A stretch of 64,000 nucleotides of DNA, taken from positions 352,001-416,000 of the forward strand of contig CM000432.1 of the NCBI GenBank assembly GCA_000165345.1, written 5' to 3'. Shown one piece after another: positions 11,225 through 23,150 of this stretch; position 1 is the stretch's first letter; each line of letters starts with the position of its first letter. The notes beneath the pieces are model-generated. The model worked only from the letters and a program-made list of their open reading frames with translations. It ran no database searches and had not been told where the DNA came from. A program made the translations under genes and the position numbers.

Positions 11225-12147
11225 ATTACAACTTGTAATGTACTTGTTACTTTGTTTACAAACAAGACACTATTTCAGGAAACTATTGAAAGATAGATAA
11301 ATGAGAAAACACTACACAACTATTTTACTATTATTATTATTACCATTTTTCTTTTTTTTCCAAGTATTAAATACCCAAACTGAAATTATTCATTATTAAT
11401 TCATTCCACACGTTGGCGCCTAAACTATTTTTCACTGCATCACTGCAATACCGGTAATGTGGGGGGGTACGCGCCAGATATTTAAACATTTTATTTTTTA
11501 ATTCAAAAGAAATTATAAATATCTTAAAACAAAAGAAAAAAAGAATCTCACAAATTAATGATTTCAATTCAATTATATTTTTCTTCTTACTCATTCTTTT
11601 CTCACTGAAACAATATTCTACCCTTCCCAGTTTTTTTCTCTTTCAATAACCCTATCTCTAAAATTCATACTCAGTCGCCACCGTCTCGTCTCCACGGTCA
11701 TCGCTCGACAATGTATAGTGGTTGCAGCGTAAGGCAATACGTAACAACATGAAATGAAATCGTAATCTCGATCTTTGCAACGATATAGTTAGAAAGAAAA
11801 AGAGTTAAATAAGTGATGGGGAATAATAAAAAAGTTGAGAAATAGTATTTTGTATTTAATATTTAATAATAATTAATTAATATTAATAATAATAGTAAAT
11901 TAACTGATAACTTAAACTTTAAAGTTTTTATTCTTGAATAACACACTGGATTAAAGCATATTTTAAACAATTTGAAAACATAGATTTTTAAAAATAGGGC
12001 TTTTTTTTTTTAAAGAGTTATTAATGAAATAAAAGTGAAATATTGGAAAAATTACATTAATATTACAATATAATCATTATAATTCAAATTAAAATTAATT
12101 TAATTATAGGAATTAAATAATACTATGTTTAATGATAAAATCTAATA

Positions 12148-14844
12148 ATGACAGGAAATTCTTTATTGGTACCTCCTAGATCAGCATTTGGATCTAGAGA
12201 AGAATTATGTGCATTTGTATCATATAAAATGAGAAGAGCAACTGAATTATTTACATTTAAATGTTCTTTATATCAAAGAGAACTTAAGTTATATTTACCG
12301 GAACCAGTTCCAAAACATAGAAGATGGATTGATACTTTTGATTCGGAAAGTATCGTTACTATACCAATTAGTAAGATAGAAAAAGATGAAATTGAATTAT
12401 TTAGAAAATATTTCCCAGATAATATGGATTTAGATTCGATTTTTCCTGGTGATCTATTACAAAGATCTTTTAAAAAAAGGATTTCTAGTTTATTAACTTC
12501 TTTAGTTAATAAAATAGTATTTTTACTAGTTTTAAAACATGATACATGGTATGTACATCAAGAAGCTAGGGATGGACTTAGGGAGTATTTGGTTGAAAAG
12601 ATTTGGCCAAGACAACCAAAGTTAAGGTTATTATATAGAGATCATGTTACAACTTTTGTAGATACAAGAATTCGCCATTTTAGAGATTCTGTGGGAAGAT
12701 ATTTTAGAGATCTTCATGCAAATAGTAAGAATGGAGAGATTATTGCGAATTTAATAGTAACTTGTGATTATAAGCAATCAGAATTGGATGATATGATTAA
12801 AAAAGCTTTAGAAGAGCAAAAAGTTATGCTTGAAAATGAAAGAAAGATGGAATATATTGAATCTCCAAATAAAAGTAATATTGAAAACTATAATGGAAAA
12901 TCATCATCACTTTCTTCTCAAATTGAGAAACTTAAAAGTAAAAGTCATAAGATTTACAAAAATGATGATAGATCTTCTTTTAATCATAGAAATATTCTAG
13001 ATTTTAAATATGAACTTGAAGATGAGTATGAAGGTAGGAGTAATAGTATTAGAGAAGAAAATGAAGATTCTCAAATTGAGGAGGATCTAGAATATCATAT
13101 TCAAGATCTTGAGAAAGAATTGGAATTATATGAAGATCTAGAGAATGATATAGAACAAAATTTAGAACAAGAAATTGATGAACAGAATACATATCAAATT
13201 CAGGAGCAAAGACTTAAACAAAGATTGAAACAAAAACAAGTACAAAAAGAAAGATTGAAATCAAAATTAAAGTACGAGAGTGATAATGATAATGAATTTG
13301 AATTGGGACTTGAATGCAATAACAAGGAGGAATTAGACAAGGAAAATGAAAATAAAAGATATGTGAGAGATTATGTTCAATATAATCATGAAATAGGAAA
13401 GAATGTAAAATCTATGAAAAGGATGGATGAAATCCAAAAGGGTAAAAGAATGATTCACTCATCAGAAAGAAGTGATAAAGAATTAGATCAAGAAAGGGTA
13501 TCAAATGGTGATGTTGAGAATGAAAAAAATACAGTTTATCCTCCTCTTAAGAAGAATAACAATAAAAATGATGAGAACTTGAAATATATTCCTCTTAATA
13601 ATATAGGGATATCCAATAGTAGTAATAATTCTCCATCTATGGTTTCAATACCATCAATACCATCAATTCAATCAATTTCTACCAGTCTTACATCAACAAT
13701 GTCATCATCTTCTTCATCCTCTTCCTCATCGTCCTCTTTAGTTTTACCTCCAGCCTTATCTTCTGAATTAAATGTAATTCCAGGTATAGGATATTATCCG
13801 GGCCAAATTCAAATAAACTCTCCAATAGATAAATCATCCATTTATGCTTCACTAATTTATCCTCAGTCAAGTTCAGCTTTCACAAGAGAGAATATAAAAA
13901 ATCTGGAAAGCTCTTCAAACTCTAATATACTGGCAGAAAACAACTCCTCACTTTCTAATATTGTTTATAGAAACATACAGATTGATACAAATAACGTTTC
14001 TTCTAGTGCAAGTTCTCTTTCAAATTCATCTATTTCAAGTTCTTCTCCTGTATCAAAAACTTACTCTAGGTCTGATATTTTAAGCAGTGGATCTATTGGG
14101 AGTGGATCTATGCTAAATAATCACTTTCCAAGTTCTATTTCTGATTCTGGGCTCGCTACAAATCCAGGGTTTGGCCTAGGTTTGGGTATAGGAACAGGAA
14201 TAGGAGCAGGAATTGGAACAGGAATAGGGGCAGGAATTGGCCCAGGGATAGGCCTAGGAATAGGAATGGGGCCAGGCCTAGGAGTGGGTCCAGGATTAGG
14301 AATAGGCATGGGGATGGGAATAGGAATGGGAATGGGAGTTGGCTTAGGATCTGGATCCGGATCTGGATCTGGATCAGATTCGGGCTTGGAAATGAAAATG
14401 GGATCTGAGACTAGTTTGGATTCAAATTCGAATCCAATCTCAAAATCAAGCTCAAATCCAAGTTCAAACTCAAACTTTAATACAAATTCAGTAATATTAA
14501 AGCCCCAAGGATACCATCCAGCTCCAATAACAAACTATCCATATAGCTTTGGATCAATCAAAGACTGTAATTCAATGTTCGGAAACCCATTAATCTATTC
14601 TCAACAACTTAATCCTAATATTCAATCAGCTTTCAATTTCCAAGCTTCTCCAGCCTACTTTATAATTCCAAATTACAACTATGCATTCCAATCCTTCTAT
14701 CCCTCACAAAGTGGATTATTATCTCAATTTAATCCTTCTTTGTTCTCAACTACAAATTTAAACAGTTTTTATCCTATTGATCTAACTAAAGTTAATAGTC
14801 AATCATCTAATATAGATCATATAAACTCTAATAATACAACTTAA
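12148..14844 (+). CDS. Hypothetical protein with structured N-domain, poly-Ser, a (Gly-X)n repeat and a Y/N/Q/F-rich prion-like C-terminus
   Basis: ORF of 898 aa. The GLGIGTGIGAGIGTGIGAGIGPGIG...GSGSGSGS repeat is encoded by a GC-rich island at about 14160-14400. Confidence 0.7.
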   Translation: MTGNSLLVPPRSAFGSREELCAFVSYKMRRATELFTFKCSLYQRELKLYLPEPVPKHRRWIDTFDSESIVTIPISKIEKDEIELFRKYFPDNMDLDSIFPGDLLQRSFKKRISSLLTSLVNKIVFLLVLKHDTWYVHQEARDGLREYLVEKIWPRQPKLRLLYRDHVTTFVDTRIRHFRDSVGRYFRDLHANSKNGEIIANLIVTCDYKQSELDDMIKKALEEQKVMLENERKMEYIESPNKSNIENYNGKSSSLSSQIEKLKSKSHKIYKNDDRSSFNHRNILDFKYELEDEYEGRSNSIREENEDSQIEEDLEYHIQDLEKELELYEDLENDIEQNLEQEIDEQNTYQIQEQRLKQRLKQKQVQKERLKSKLKYESDNDNEFELGLECNNKEELDKENENKRYVRDYVQYNHEIGKNVKSMKRMDEIQKGKRMIHSSERSDKELDQERVSNGDVENEKNTVYPPLKKNNNKNDENLKYIPLNNIGISNSSNNSPSMVSIPSIPSIQSISTSLTSTMSSSSSSSSSSSSLVLPPALSSELNVIPGIGYYPGQIQINSPIDKSSIYASLIYPQSSSAFTRENIKNLESSSNSNILAENNSSLSNIVYRNIQIDTNNVSSSASSLSNSSISSSSPVSKTYSRSDILSSGSIGSGSMLNNHFPSSISDSGLATNPGFGLGLGIGTGIGAGIGTGIGAGIGPGIGLGIGMGPGLGVGPGLGIGMGMGIGMGMGVGLGSGSGSGSGSDSGLEMKMGSETSLDSNSNPISKSSSNPSSNSNFNTNSVILKPQGYHPAPITNYPYSFGSIKDCNSMFGNPLIYSQQLNPNIQSAFNFQASPAYFIIPNYNYAFQSFYPSQSGLLSQFNPSLFSTTNLNSFYPIDLTKVNSQSSNIDHINSNNTT

Positions 14845-14900
14845 GCAATATAATAATTAAGTAAAAGATTTAACCAATAATAACGATTAGACTAAATATA

Positions 14901-15326
14901 TTATCCACAACATTTTTTACATGGGTATCTTTTAGATACTGATGGTTTGTAAGTTGATAAATGACTAAAGTGTGGATTTAAATGGCTATTAGAATTAGCG
15001 CTCATCCAACTTAATTTACTCTTCTTTTTCTGTTTATTCTCTTCTTTTTGATCCTCCTCTAAACTACTTTCGTTTTTTGAATTAGCGCTAGTATATTCAC
15101 TTATATCTTTCTCCCAAACCTTTATTTGATTTTCTCTGATTTTTCTCATTCTCATATCATTCAACTGTTTAGCTTTTTCTTGTTTTCTTTTATTGAAATA
15201 ATAACTTCCAAAACCTATTAACATTACTAATTTCAAAAGAAATAAGATATATAAAGCTTTAGATAATAATTCAGAGCCTAATTTCTCTGTAATTACTGTG
15301 TGTAAAGTTTCTATTTTCTCCTTCAT
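14901..15326 (-). CDS. Hypothetical small membrane protein (141 aa) ending ...CKKCCG
   Basis: ORF convergent with the previous gene across a 56-bp spacer. One TM segment. Weak support only. Confidence 0.4.
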   Translation of the reverse strand: MKEKIETLHTVITEKLGSELLSKALYILFLLKLVMLIGFGSYYFNKRKQEKAKQLNDMRMRKIRENQIKVWEKDISEYTSANSKNESSLEEDQKEENKQKKKSKLSWMSANSNSHLNPHFSHLSTYKPSVSKRYPCKKCCG

Positions 15327-15938
15327 TTCTATTAGATCATTTCTTCAAGTTTGTATTTTAATTTATTCCTATATTATTATGATGGAGCCCGCGCAATTGT
15401 TTTGCATGAATAATTTTTTTTTTTCAGTTTAAAAAAATAATAATTTACAAAAAATCTAAAAATTCAGTATTTATTTGACTTTCAAGGGAAATAAGATGAA
15501 TGTCTTTTCTAATAATAAATAATTAAGAATAAAAACATAATTCATTTTCCTTTAAACTATTTTTTAACCTCTCCTTCCCCCCCTCCTCATTTTACTATTT
15601 TTCGATACCTGTGTGCTCATAAGTTAATTCTCCTCTTCACCCCCACCCCCCATGAATAATTTTTCTAAAACTAATAAAAAAAATTGACATGCAAATTGCG
15701 CACTATATATTTATGAATTCAAAAATTATTTGAATTCACACTGTTTATATATTAATCTATTGATAATTTACATATTATTTAAGCTTTCGTATACATATTT
15801 CTTATTCAAAATTCTTAAAAAAAAAAGAACATTTATCCATTTTACTTGTATTCTAGTAATTATTTCCATTAAATATTATTTTCATGATCAATCGCCGGCG
15901 CCAAATATGAGACTGCGCCAATACCCTTATGGATAGTG

Positions 15939-15958
15939 CCCGCCTGAATTAAAGCGGG
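15939..15958. promoter_or_regulatory. Inverted CCCGCC...GCGGG element (CCCGCCTGAATTAAAGCGGG) next to the GGCGCC cluster at 15893-15922
   Basis: GC-rich motifs (CGCCGGCGCCAAAT, CTGCGCCAAT) sit in the divergent promoter upstream of the V-ATPase gene. C-rich G-box complements lie at 15540-15655. Confidence 0.45.
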
Positions 15959-16525
15959 AACATGTAAGCAAATATTAATAACATAATTGAGGCCAAATAA
16001 TAAAAAAAAAATAAGGCCAGCTATTAATTAAATAAAAAATAATATAAATGTTTAAAAGTGAATTTTTTTTTCTTTTTTTTTAAATAGTTATTGGATGGAA
16101 ACAAACAATAAATAATTGAAATAATAATTATCTGGTAAATATATATTTGGAGGTTTATTTTAAAAAATTCCCCAATAAAGGAAGAAAAAAAAAATCAACA
16201 TAATTATTACTAAGGTAATAAAAGCAAGGAAGAGGAAGGTTCAGGGGGAAAATTATTTAAATATTGTTTTATATTAGTAATAATATAAAAAGTTTTTTCC
16301 TTGAATGTAATGTGATTAAGAGTGAGAAGAAAATATATCAATAATATATATTTATTCTTTTCGCTAAATAGATTTGTAATAATTTTTGAAAGGAGAAAAA
16401 GAATAAAAGCGAATTAGGAGAAGAGTGGAAATAAATTTATATAGAAATTCAATAAAGAATTGGAGTATAAAAGAAAACACTTTTATTTTTAGACGAAAGA
16501 AGAAAAAAATATTAACCTCATTAAA

Positions 16526-19255
16526 ATGGGTATATTAAGGTCGGAATCTATGTCCCATGGGACTCTGGTCCTTCCAAATGACCGAGCAAGAGAATATATT
16601 GATATACTCGGAAGAGAAGTAAATTTGCAATTTGTAGATATGAATTCAATTACAATGAATCGACAATATAAAAAGTATATTCAAAGAATCGATGAAATGG
16701 AACGTATACTTCGTGTACTATTTTCTGAGATTGAGAAACTCCCAGATGTGAAAGTATTAAAAGGGAATTATGAGAATTTTTTGGATCATGATCATGTTTA
16801 TCAATTAGATAAAGTAGAAGAATCTCTTCAAAGTTTATATGGCCAATTTATCAGTTTTAGAGATAATAATGCAGATTTAATCCACCAAAAAAGTTCTGCA
16901 ATTGAGGAATGCGCTGTAGCAAAAGCAGCAAGCCTTTCATTTGCTCCAATATCAATGTACAACAATGAAAGATCAAATAGTGACTTTTACATGACAAACG
17001 CAGTGGAAAGAGGGGAGGGTGGAATGCATGGAGGAAATCCCACACCATCATCTCCTTTAATGAATCCAGGTATTATGGATGGAATTAATAATGTTTCCGG
17101 ATTTGGAGATATGATGTTCAGTAGTATTGCTGGAGTGGTGAAACATGAAGATCAAGAGAAATTTGCTAGAGCTCTTTTTAGAGCCACAAGAGGTAACACA
17201 TTTACCCATTTCCAATCAATAGCTGAGAATATTATGGATCCAAAAACAAGTAAAGATGTTCAGAAGGTAGTTTTTGTAATTTACTTCCAAGGTGCAACAA
17301 CTTCAGCAGTTTATGATAAGATTAGTAGAATTTGTGATGCATTCAATGTATCGATTTATCCTTGGCCATCAAGCTATGAACATGCAATTCAAAGAATTAG
17401 TGAACTTAATACTTTAATCCAAGATAAGGAAAAAGCACTTCAAGCTTATGAACAATATATCACTCTTGAGATTGAGACTTTACTTCAACCAGTTAACTCA
17501 AATAATGGAAACTCATTAATAGAGGAATGGAGATTATTTTGCATTAAGGAGAAATCCATTTATGCAACATTGAACTTATTTGAAGGGTCAGATATAACAC
17601 TAAGAGCTGATTGTTGGTATCCAACAGAAGAGGAGGAAAAGATTAGAAAGATTTTGATAGCTGAAAGTAGCACTCAGCATGTTGGAGCATTTTTACTGAC
17701 TAATACATCAAGTGGAGGTCATGGAGTAGCTGGAATCCATATTTCAGAAGGTGGCTCACATGATGATGAGGCAAATATATCCAACACACCTCCAACATAT
17801 ATTAAGACTAACGATTTTACTGTTGCATTCCAGGACTTTGTAAATTCTTATGGTATTCCAAGATACCAAGAAGTGAATCCAGCTTTATTCACTTTAGTTT
17901 CATTCCCATTCCTTTTTGGTATTATGTATGGTGATGTAGGTCATGGTTTCATAGTTTTCTTGATTGGTTTGGTTTTAGTTTTGAATTATGGAAAACTTAA
18001 AAAGATTAACGATGAAAATATGAAGATTTTAGTTTCTGGTAGATATATGATTACAATGATGGGTTTCTTTGCGACTTATTGTGGATTAATTTACAATGAT
18101 TTCTTCGCTGCTGGTTTGGATATATTTGGATCCAGATACACCCTATCTCATGATAAATTACCGGATGGAAGTCACGTATTTTTACCAAATAACAATTCCA
18201 CTTCAGCTTCTTTTCCATATCCATTTGGATTTGATCCAGTTTGGAAAGGAGCTGTTAATGAAATGTCATTTTTGAATAGTTTCAAGATGAAATTCTCAGT
18301 TATTATTGCCTTCTTCCAGATGACTCTTGGTGTAATACTTAAAGGTTTTAATAACTTGTACTTTAAAAATTATGTTGATTTCTTTATGGAGTTCATTCCT
18401 CAATTTATTTTTATGGTCGGATTTATTGGATATCTTAACTTTTTAATCTTCTTTAAATGGTTAACTCCAATTGAAGGATATAATAAGCCTTCTATTTTGA
18501 ATGCATTAATTGGATTACAAAGTTCTTTATTTGGAGCTGATATTCCACTTAGTGATAGATTTTATCTATCTCAACCTGTCGTACAGAAATATATTACATT
18601 GGCCTTATTAATTTCTGTACCTTGGATGTTCTTCCCTAAACCACTTTATCTTATTTACAAGAGCAGAAAACAAAAGAAAGCTAGTGAGGAAGAATCTAGG
18701 ATCAGACAACAACATCTCTCATCATACTCATCTGTCTCAAGTAGATTCACATCTTTCACTAATAGCTCTAAGAAGATAAGCAGATCCAAGAGTAATCTTC
18801 TTTCTGAGGATGATCATAATCTCATTGGTCATGAAGTAGAAGAATCATCTGGTCACTCTGATCCAACTGAGATTTTTATTCATCAACTTATTGAAACTGT
18901 TGAATTCCTTATTGGTTCAATTTCCAATACTGCATCATACCTCCGTCTTTGGGCACTTTCTCTTGCACACAATATGCTTGCATTGGTAGCTCTCCAGTTT
19001 ACTATTATGAAGGCCTTAAACTCAAAACTCCTTATTGTTAAAGTTGTTCAACTATTTAATTTATTCTTCATGTTCTTTGCATTCACTTCATTTATCATGA
19101 TTCTCATGGACTCATTGGAATGCTTCTTACATGGCCTTCGTCTACAATGGGTAGAATTCCAAAACAAGTTTTATAAGGGAGATGGTATTCTTTTTGCCCC
19201 TCTTAACCATATGAGAATTATCTTAGAAACTGAAGAGTTATTAAACTCATCTTAA
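16526..19255 (+). CDS. V-type H+-ATPase subunit a (V0 116-kDa subunit)
   Basis: 909 aa. The N-terminus aligns to Vph1/ATP6V0A (LRSE.M....L.....A.E....LG.....QF.D.N) and the C-terminal multi-TM domain is conserved. Confidence 0.92.
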   Translation: MGILRSESMSHGTLVLPNDRAREYIDILGREVNLQFVDMNSITMNRQYKKYIQRIDEMERILRVLFSEIEKLPDVKVLKGNYENFLDHDHVYQLDKVEESLQSLYGQFISFRDNNADLIHQKSSAIEECAVAKAASLSFAPISMYNNERSNSDFYMTNAVERGEGGMHGGNPTPSSPLMNPGIMDGINNVSGFGDMMFSSIAGVVKHEDQEKFARALFRATRGNTFTHFQSIAENIMDPKTSKDVQKVVFVIYFQGATTSAVYDKISRICDAFNVSIYPWPSSYEHAIQRISELNTLIQDKEKALQAYEQYITLEIETLLQPVNSNNGNSLIEEWRLFCIKEKSIYATLNLFEGSDITLRADCWYPTEEEEKIRKILIAESSTQHVGAFLLTNTSSGGHGVAGIHISEGGSHDDEANISNTPPTYIKTNDFTVAFQDFVNSYGIPRYQEVNPALFTLVSFPFLFGIMYGDVGHGFIVFLIGLVLVLNYGKLKKINDENMKILVSGRYMITMMGFFATYCGLIYNDFFAAGLDIFGSRYTLSHDKLPDGSHVFLPNNNSTSASFPYPFGFDPVWKGAVNEMSFLNSFKMKFSVIIAFFQMTLGVILKGFNNLYFKNYVDFFMEFIPQFIFMVGFIGYLNFLIFFKWLTPIEGYNKPSILNALIGLQSSLFGADIPLSDRFYLSQPVVQKYITLALLISVPWMFFPKPLYLIYKSRKQKKASEEESRIRQQHLSSYSSVSSRFTSFTNSSKKISRSKSNLLSEDDHNLIGHEVEESSGHSDPTEIFIHQLIETVEFLIGSISNTASYLRLWALSLAHNMLALVALQFTIMKALNSKLLIVKVVQLFNLFFMFFAFTSFIMILMDSLECFLHGLRLQWVEFQNKFYKGDGILFAPLNHMRIILETEELLNSS

Positions 19256-19758
19256 TAATAACTTAAATCTCTTTTTTTTTAATTCGAGGAAAAAAAAGAG
19301 TTCCAAATTATTATTAAATTACTGAAATTTTATACAATTGAATTCTTTTGAATTTACATATTTTTTAATAATAAAGATATATGAAGAAGAACATACATTA
19401 ATAATATTTAGTATATAACCAAACTAGTGTGTAATCTTTTTTCTTTTTTTTTCAATTTTGATAATCTTCTCTAATTTGTTTTTATATTTAATTTGCATGC
19501 GCTTGTCCACATTGAAATAAAATGTCAACTGCAAGCATTGCCGGTATCAACTTCAATAAATGCAAGTATTTTTTTAGGAAAAAATATAACAAAGGCGCCA
19601 AATAAATAATAAAATGACGTGGCGAGCGCCAAGCAAGGTTTGCAGTTTTATTTTGACATTGAGAAAAAAGATTAAAAAAGAAAAAGAAAGAACAAGGAAA
19701 AAAAATAAGAAGTAACCTTTAAATGAAAAAATAGGTCAAGCTTCAATTTCTCATCAAA

Positions 19759-22700
19759 ATGGAGGAAATAGATAGGAAAAAGTCTCACAAAACTCACCTA
19801 TCTAAAAGAAAGGTATTAAAGAAGAAATTAAAAAAGGAAGGAGCGGATAAGAAAGAGAGACATAATCCAAAGGTAAGTTTAATCATATTTATACTTTTTA
19901 AGATAGAATTTAACTCTGAGCTTTATCTCAATTACACTCTAGGCTTTCACATTTTCTGGAGGAGTTAAAAGTGTACAAAGAAGGGTACAAAGAACCCTTG
20001 ATATAACATCAAAAAGAGAAAAAGCACCAGGAATTGATAAAAGTAATGTAGAAGATGAGTCTACACCTCCATATATTGTTGCAGTTCAAGGTCCTCCTGG
20101 AGTAGGAAAAACAACTTTAATACGTTCTTTGGTGAAAAATTATACAAAATATAATTTGAATGTAATTGATGGAACTGTTACACTTGTATCATCGAAAAAT
20201 CGTCGTTTAACATTTATTGAATGCCCAAATGATATGCATGGTATGATAGATGTTGCAAAAGTTGCAGACCTCGTATTACTATTAATAGATGCAAGCTTTT
20301 CATTTGAAATGGAAACTTTTGAATTCTTAAATATATTACAAGTACATGGCTTTCCAAGAGTTCTTGGTGTTTTAACCCATTTGGATAAAATTGAAGATAA
20401 TAAGACTGTAAGGAAGACAAAAAAGAAGCTTAAAAATAGATTTTGGACTGAAATCTATAATGGAGCTAAATTATTCTATCTAAGCGGAATTCATAATGGT
20501 TTCTATAATAAAACTGAAATACGTAATTTATCCAGATTTATTGCAGTTCAAAAGTTTGAAAATCTATCATGGAGAAGTTCACATCCATATATAGTTTCTT
20601 TAAGAATTGAAGAAATTAATGATGATGATTATCATCAAAACAATAAGCAATCTTCTGAATCTAAAAATCCTGAAACAAGTGTCTACTTTTATGGATTTGT
20701 TAAGGGTGGAATAATGAGAAAAAACCAAAGTGTTCATATTCCAGGTCTTGGAGATTATTTGATTAATGATATTGATGAGTTTAATGATCCATGTCCTTTA
20801 CCAGAAACTAGTATAAAAAAGAATGGAACTAATGCAGGATTAAGAGTATTAAAGACTAAAGAAAGAAATATTTATGCTCCATATTGTGATGTGGGAAACG
20901 TTCAGATTGATTCTAACTCTATGTATATTCATATTCCAGACAATACTGTTAATTTTACCAGAAGAAAGGTTCTTTTTAACGATGATAACTCAGATTCAGA
21001 TTCAGATGTAGAAAACAATTCTCATAGTGAGGGAGAAGAGAATCTAGATGATGATATTCAAGATATTGATGAGTCCTTTGAAGAAGAAGAAGAAGATGAT
21101 GATAACTATTATCACAACGACATTAATCCAAAGAGTAATTCTTCACATTCAAGCTCAGAATCTAACTCTGAGGATGAAGAATATCTCCCAGAAGCTGTAA
21201 AATATGTTAGAAAACTACAAAAGTCTCAATCTGTTTTAAACAAAAGGGTTAATAATCTATCACTGAAACTACTTCCATCTTCAGAAGTTAGCCTAGAGAA
21301 CTCTATACTTTATGAAGAAAGTTCTGAAGCTGGTAAAAATAAAGGCTTTAGTAATGATGATGATCTTATGGAAACAGAGTATAAAGAAACTAATAACCAA
21401 AGTTATTACTCTGAAATTAAAAGTAAAAATAGTGATAACTTCCTATTCAGTAAAAATGTTAATTATTCATTAAAGGACTTGGTATACGGACGAAATGCTA
21501 AGGCTAGACAAGTATTTAAAAAGATGGTTTCTCAAAATAATGATAAAAGTATTAACTCTAAAAAAGCACTTTTCGATGATGATCTTGAAGATAGCCAAGA
21601 CGAGTTAAGTTCTGATACAGATGATATCGGTGAAATTCTTGATACTTTCAGAATAAATGATGTTTATATATATCCTACAAAACCTAAATCTATTCGAGAA
21701 TTAGTAAGTTACTGGACTGAAGAAAAGTACTATACTTTGAAACAAGAAAAATTCATCACGGGTGGAATAGATAATAGTGATGATGAAGAAGATCATCATA
21801 TTGATGGAGGATTAACAAACAAAGAAAATGAAGCTTCTGGGAATACTGAAGATATTAATGATTCTATCAATGATCAGAATAACGATTCATATTCTAATCA
21901 AGATAATTCAATGATGGATCTTGAAAGTAAAATTTTTAAAATAGGAAGGTATGTTCGTATAAGAATTGATAATATTGACAAAGAGTGGATCCGAAATCGT
22001 CAAGGGATTACTATTCTAGGAACTTTATTACCAGGAGAATCAGTTTTTGGTAATATTAATATTCGAATAAAAAAACATCGTTGGTATCCAAAAATACTAA
22101 AATCTGATGATGTATTAACATTTAGTATTGGTTGGAGAAGATTCCAGTCTATACCACTATATTCAATTGAGGATAGAAACGAAACAAGATATAGAATGCT
22201 TAAGTATACTCCTGAACACATGCATTGTTACTGTACAACTTATGGTCCTATCATACCATGTAACTTTGGTATATTGGCTATTAGAAGTTCAGAAAGAACA
22301 AGTAATTTTAGAATTGCTGCAACAGGAGTATCAGTGGAAATGCAAGCAAAAAGTAATATTGTTAAGAAATTGAAGCTTGTTGGTGAACCTAAGAAGATAC
22401 ATAAGAATACAGCATTTATTCACAAAATGTTTAATAGCGATTTAGAAGTTTCAAAGTTTATTGGAGCTAAAATTCAAACGGTTAGTGGAATTAGAGGACA
22501 AGTTAAAAAAGCTATTAGTACTCATGGACTTTTTAGAGCAACTTTTGAAGATAAAATACTTTTATCAGATATTGTATTTTGTAAAACATGGGTTTCTATG
22601 ACTCCAAGAGAATTCTATAATCCAGTAATAGATTTACCAACATGGAGAAGAATGAGAACTCAAGCTGAATTAAGAAGAGAATTAAATATTCCTTTAGCAA

Positions 22701-23098
22701 TTAAAGCAGATTCTGAGTATGTAACTAAACAAGATAGACCTGAAAAGAAGAGATTTAATAGTGTACCAGTACCAAGTAAATTAGAAAAAGAATTACCATA
22801 TGCTTCAAAAACAAAGAATGATTCTAAGAAGATAAAAGATAAGAATCAGGTAGCTGTAATAAAGAGTACATTTGAAAAAAGAGTAGCTAATTTATTCCAA
22901 AGACTATCAACTATTCAAAAAGAAAAGACTGCTAAACGTATTGAGAAGAAGAGAATTAAGAGAGAAATTAATATTAAGAGAAGACAACCATTAGAAAGAA
23001 TAAGAGAAGCCAAGAATGAGGAGAGGAAGAAGAGAAGATATGCATTACAAGGTATAAAGATAGATAAACAGAGAAGAAAATTGATGATGAAGGATTAA
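19759..23098 (+). CDS. BMS1: Ribosome biogenesis GTPase BMS1, two exons (19759-19872, 19943-23098; intron 19873-19942)
   Basis: The track shows a 69-aa ORF at 19759 and a 989-aa ORF from a TTG at 20129. After coding ...HNPK the intron runs GTAAGTTT...CTCTAG (70 nt, phase 0). Exon 2 continues AFTFSGGVKS...PPYIVAVQGPPGVGKTTLIRSLVKNYTK (P-loop) in frame. The conserved N-terminal GTPase domain of BMS1 is ...RRLTFIECPNDMHGMIDVAKVADLVLLLIDASFSFEMETFEFLNILQVHGFP. Confidence 0.85.
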
Positions 23099-23150
23099 TA
23101 AGAATATAAATGAGATCAATTTAATCTATTTAGTAATCTTTAATTATTTA

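Noticed and set aside
11367-11594. Small intergenic ORFs (11367-11594, 15730-15936, 30247-30525, 39388-39588, 63449-63685).
   Set aside because: F/I/L-rich frames in AT-rich intergenic DNA, with no conservation signal. 39388-39588 was examined as a possible first exon; see the finding on 39263-40507.
19759-19968. 69-aa ORF reported as a separate gene.
   Set aside because: It is the first exon of BMS1 read through into the intron. It was reinterpreted, not discarded.
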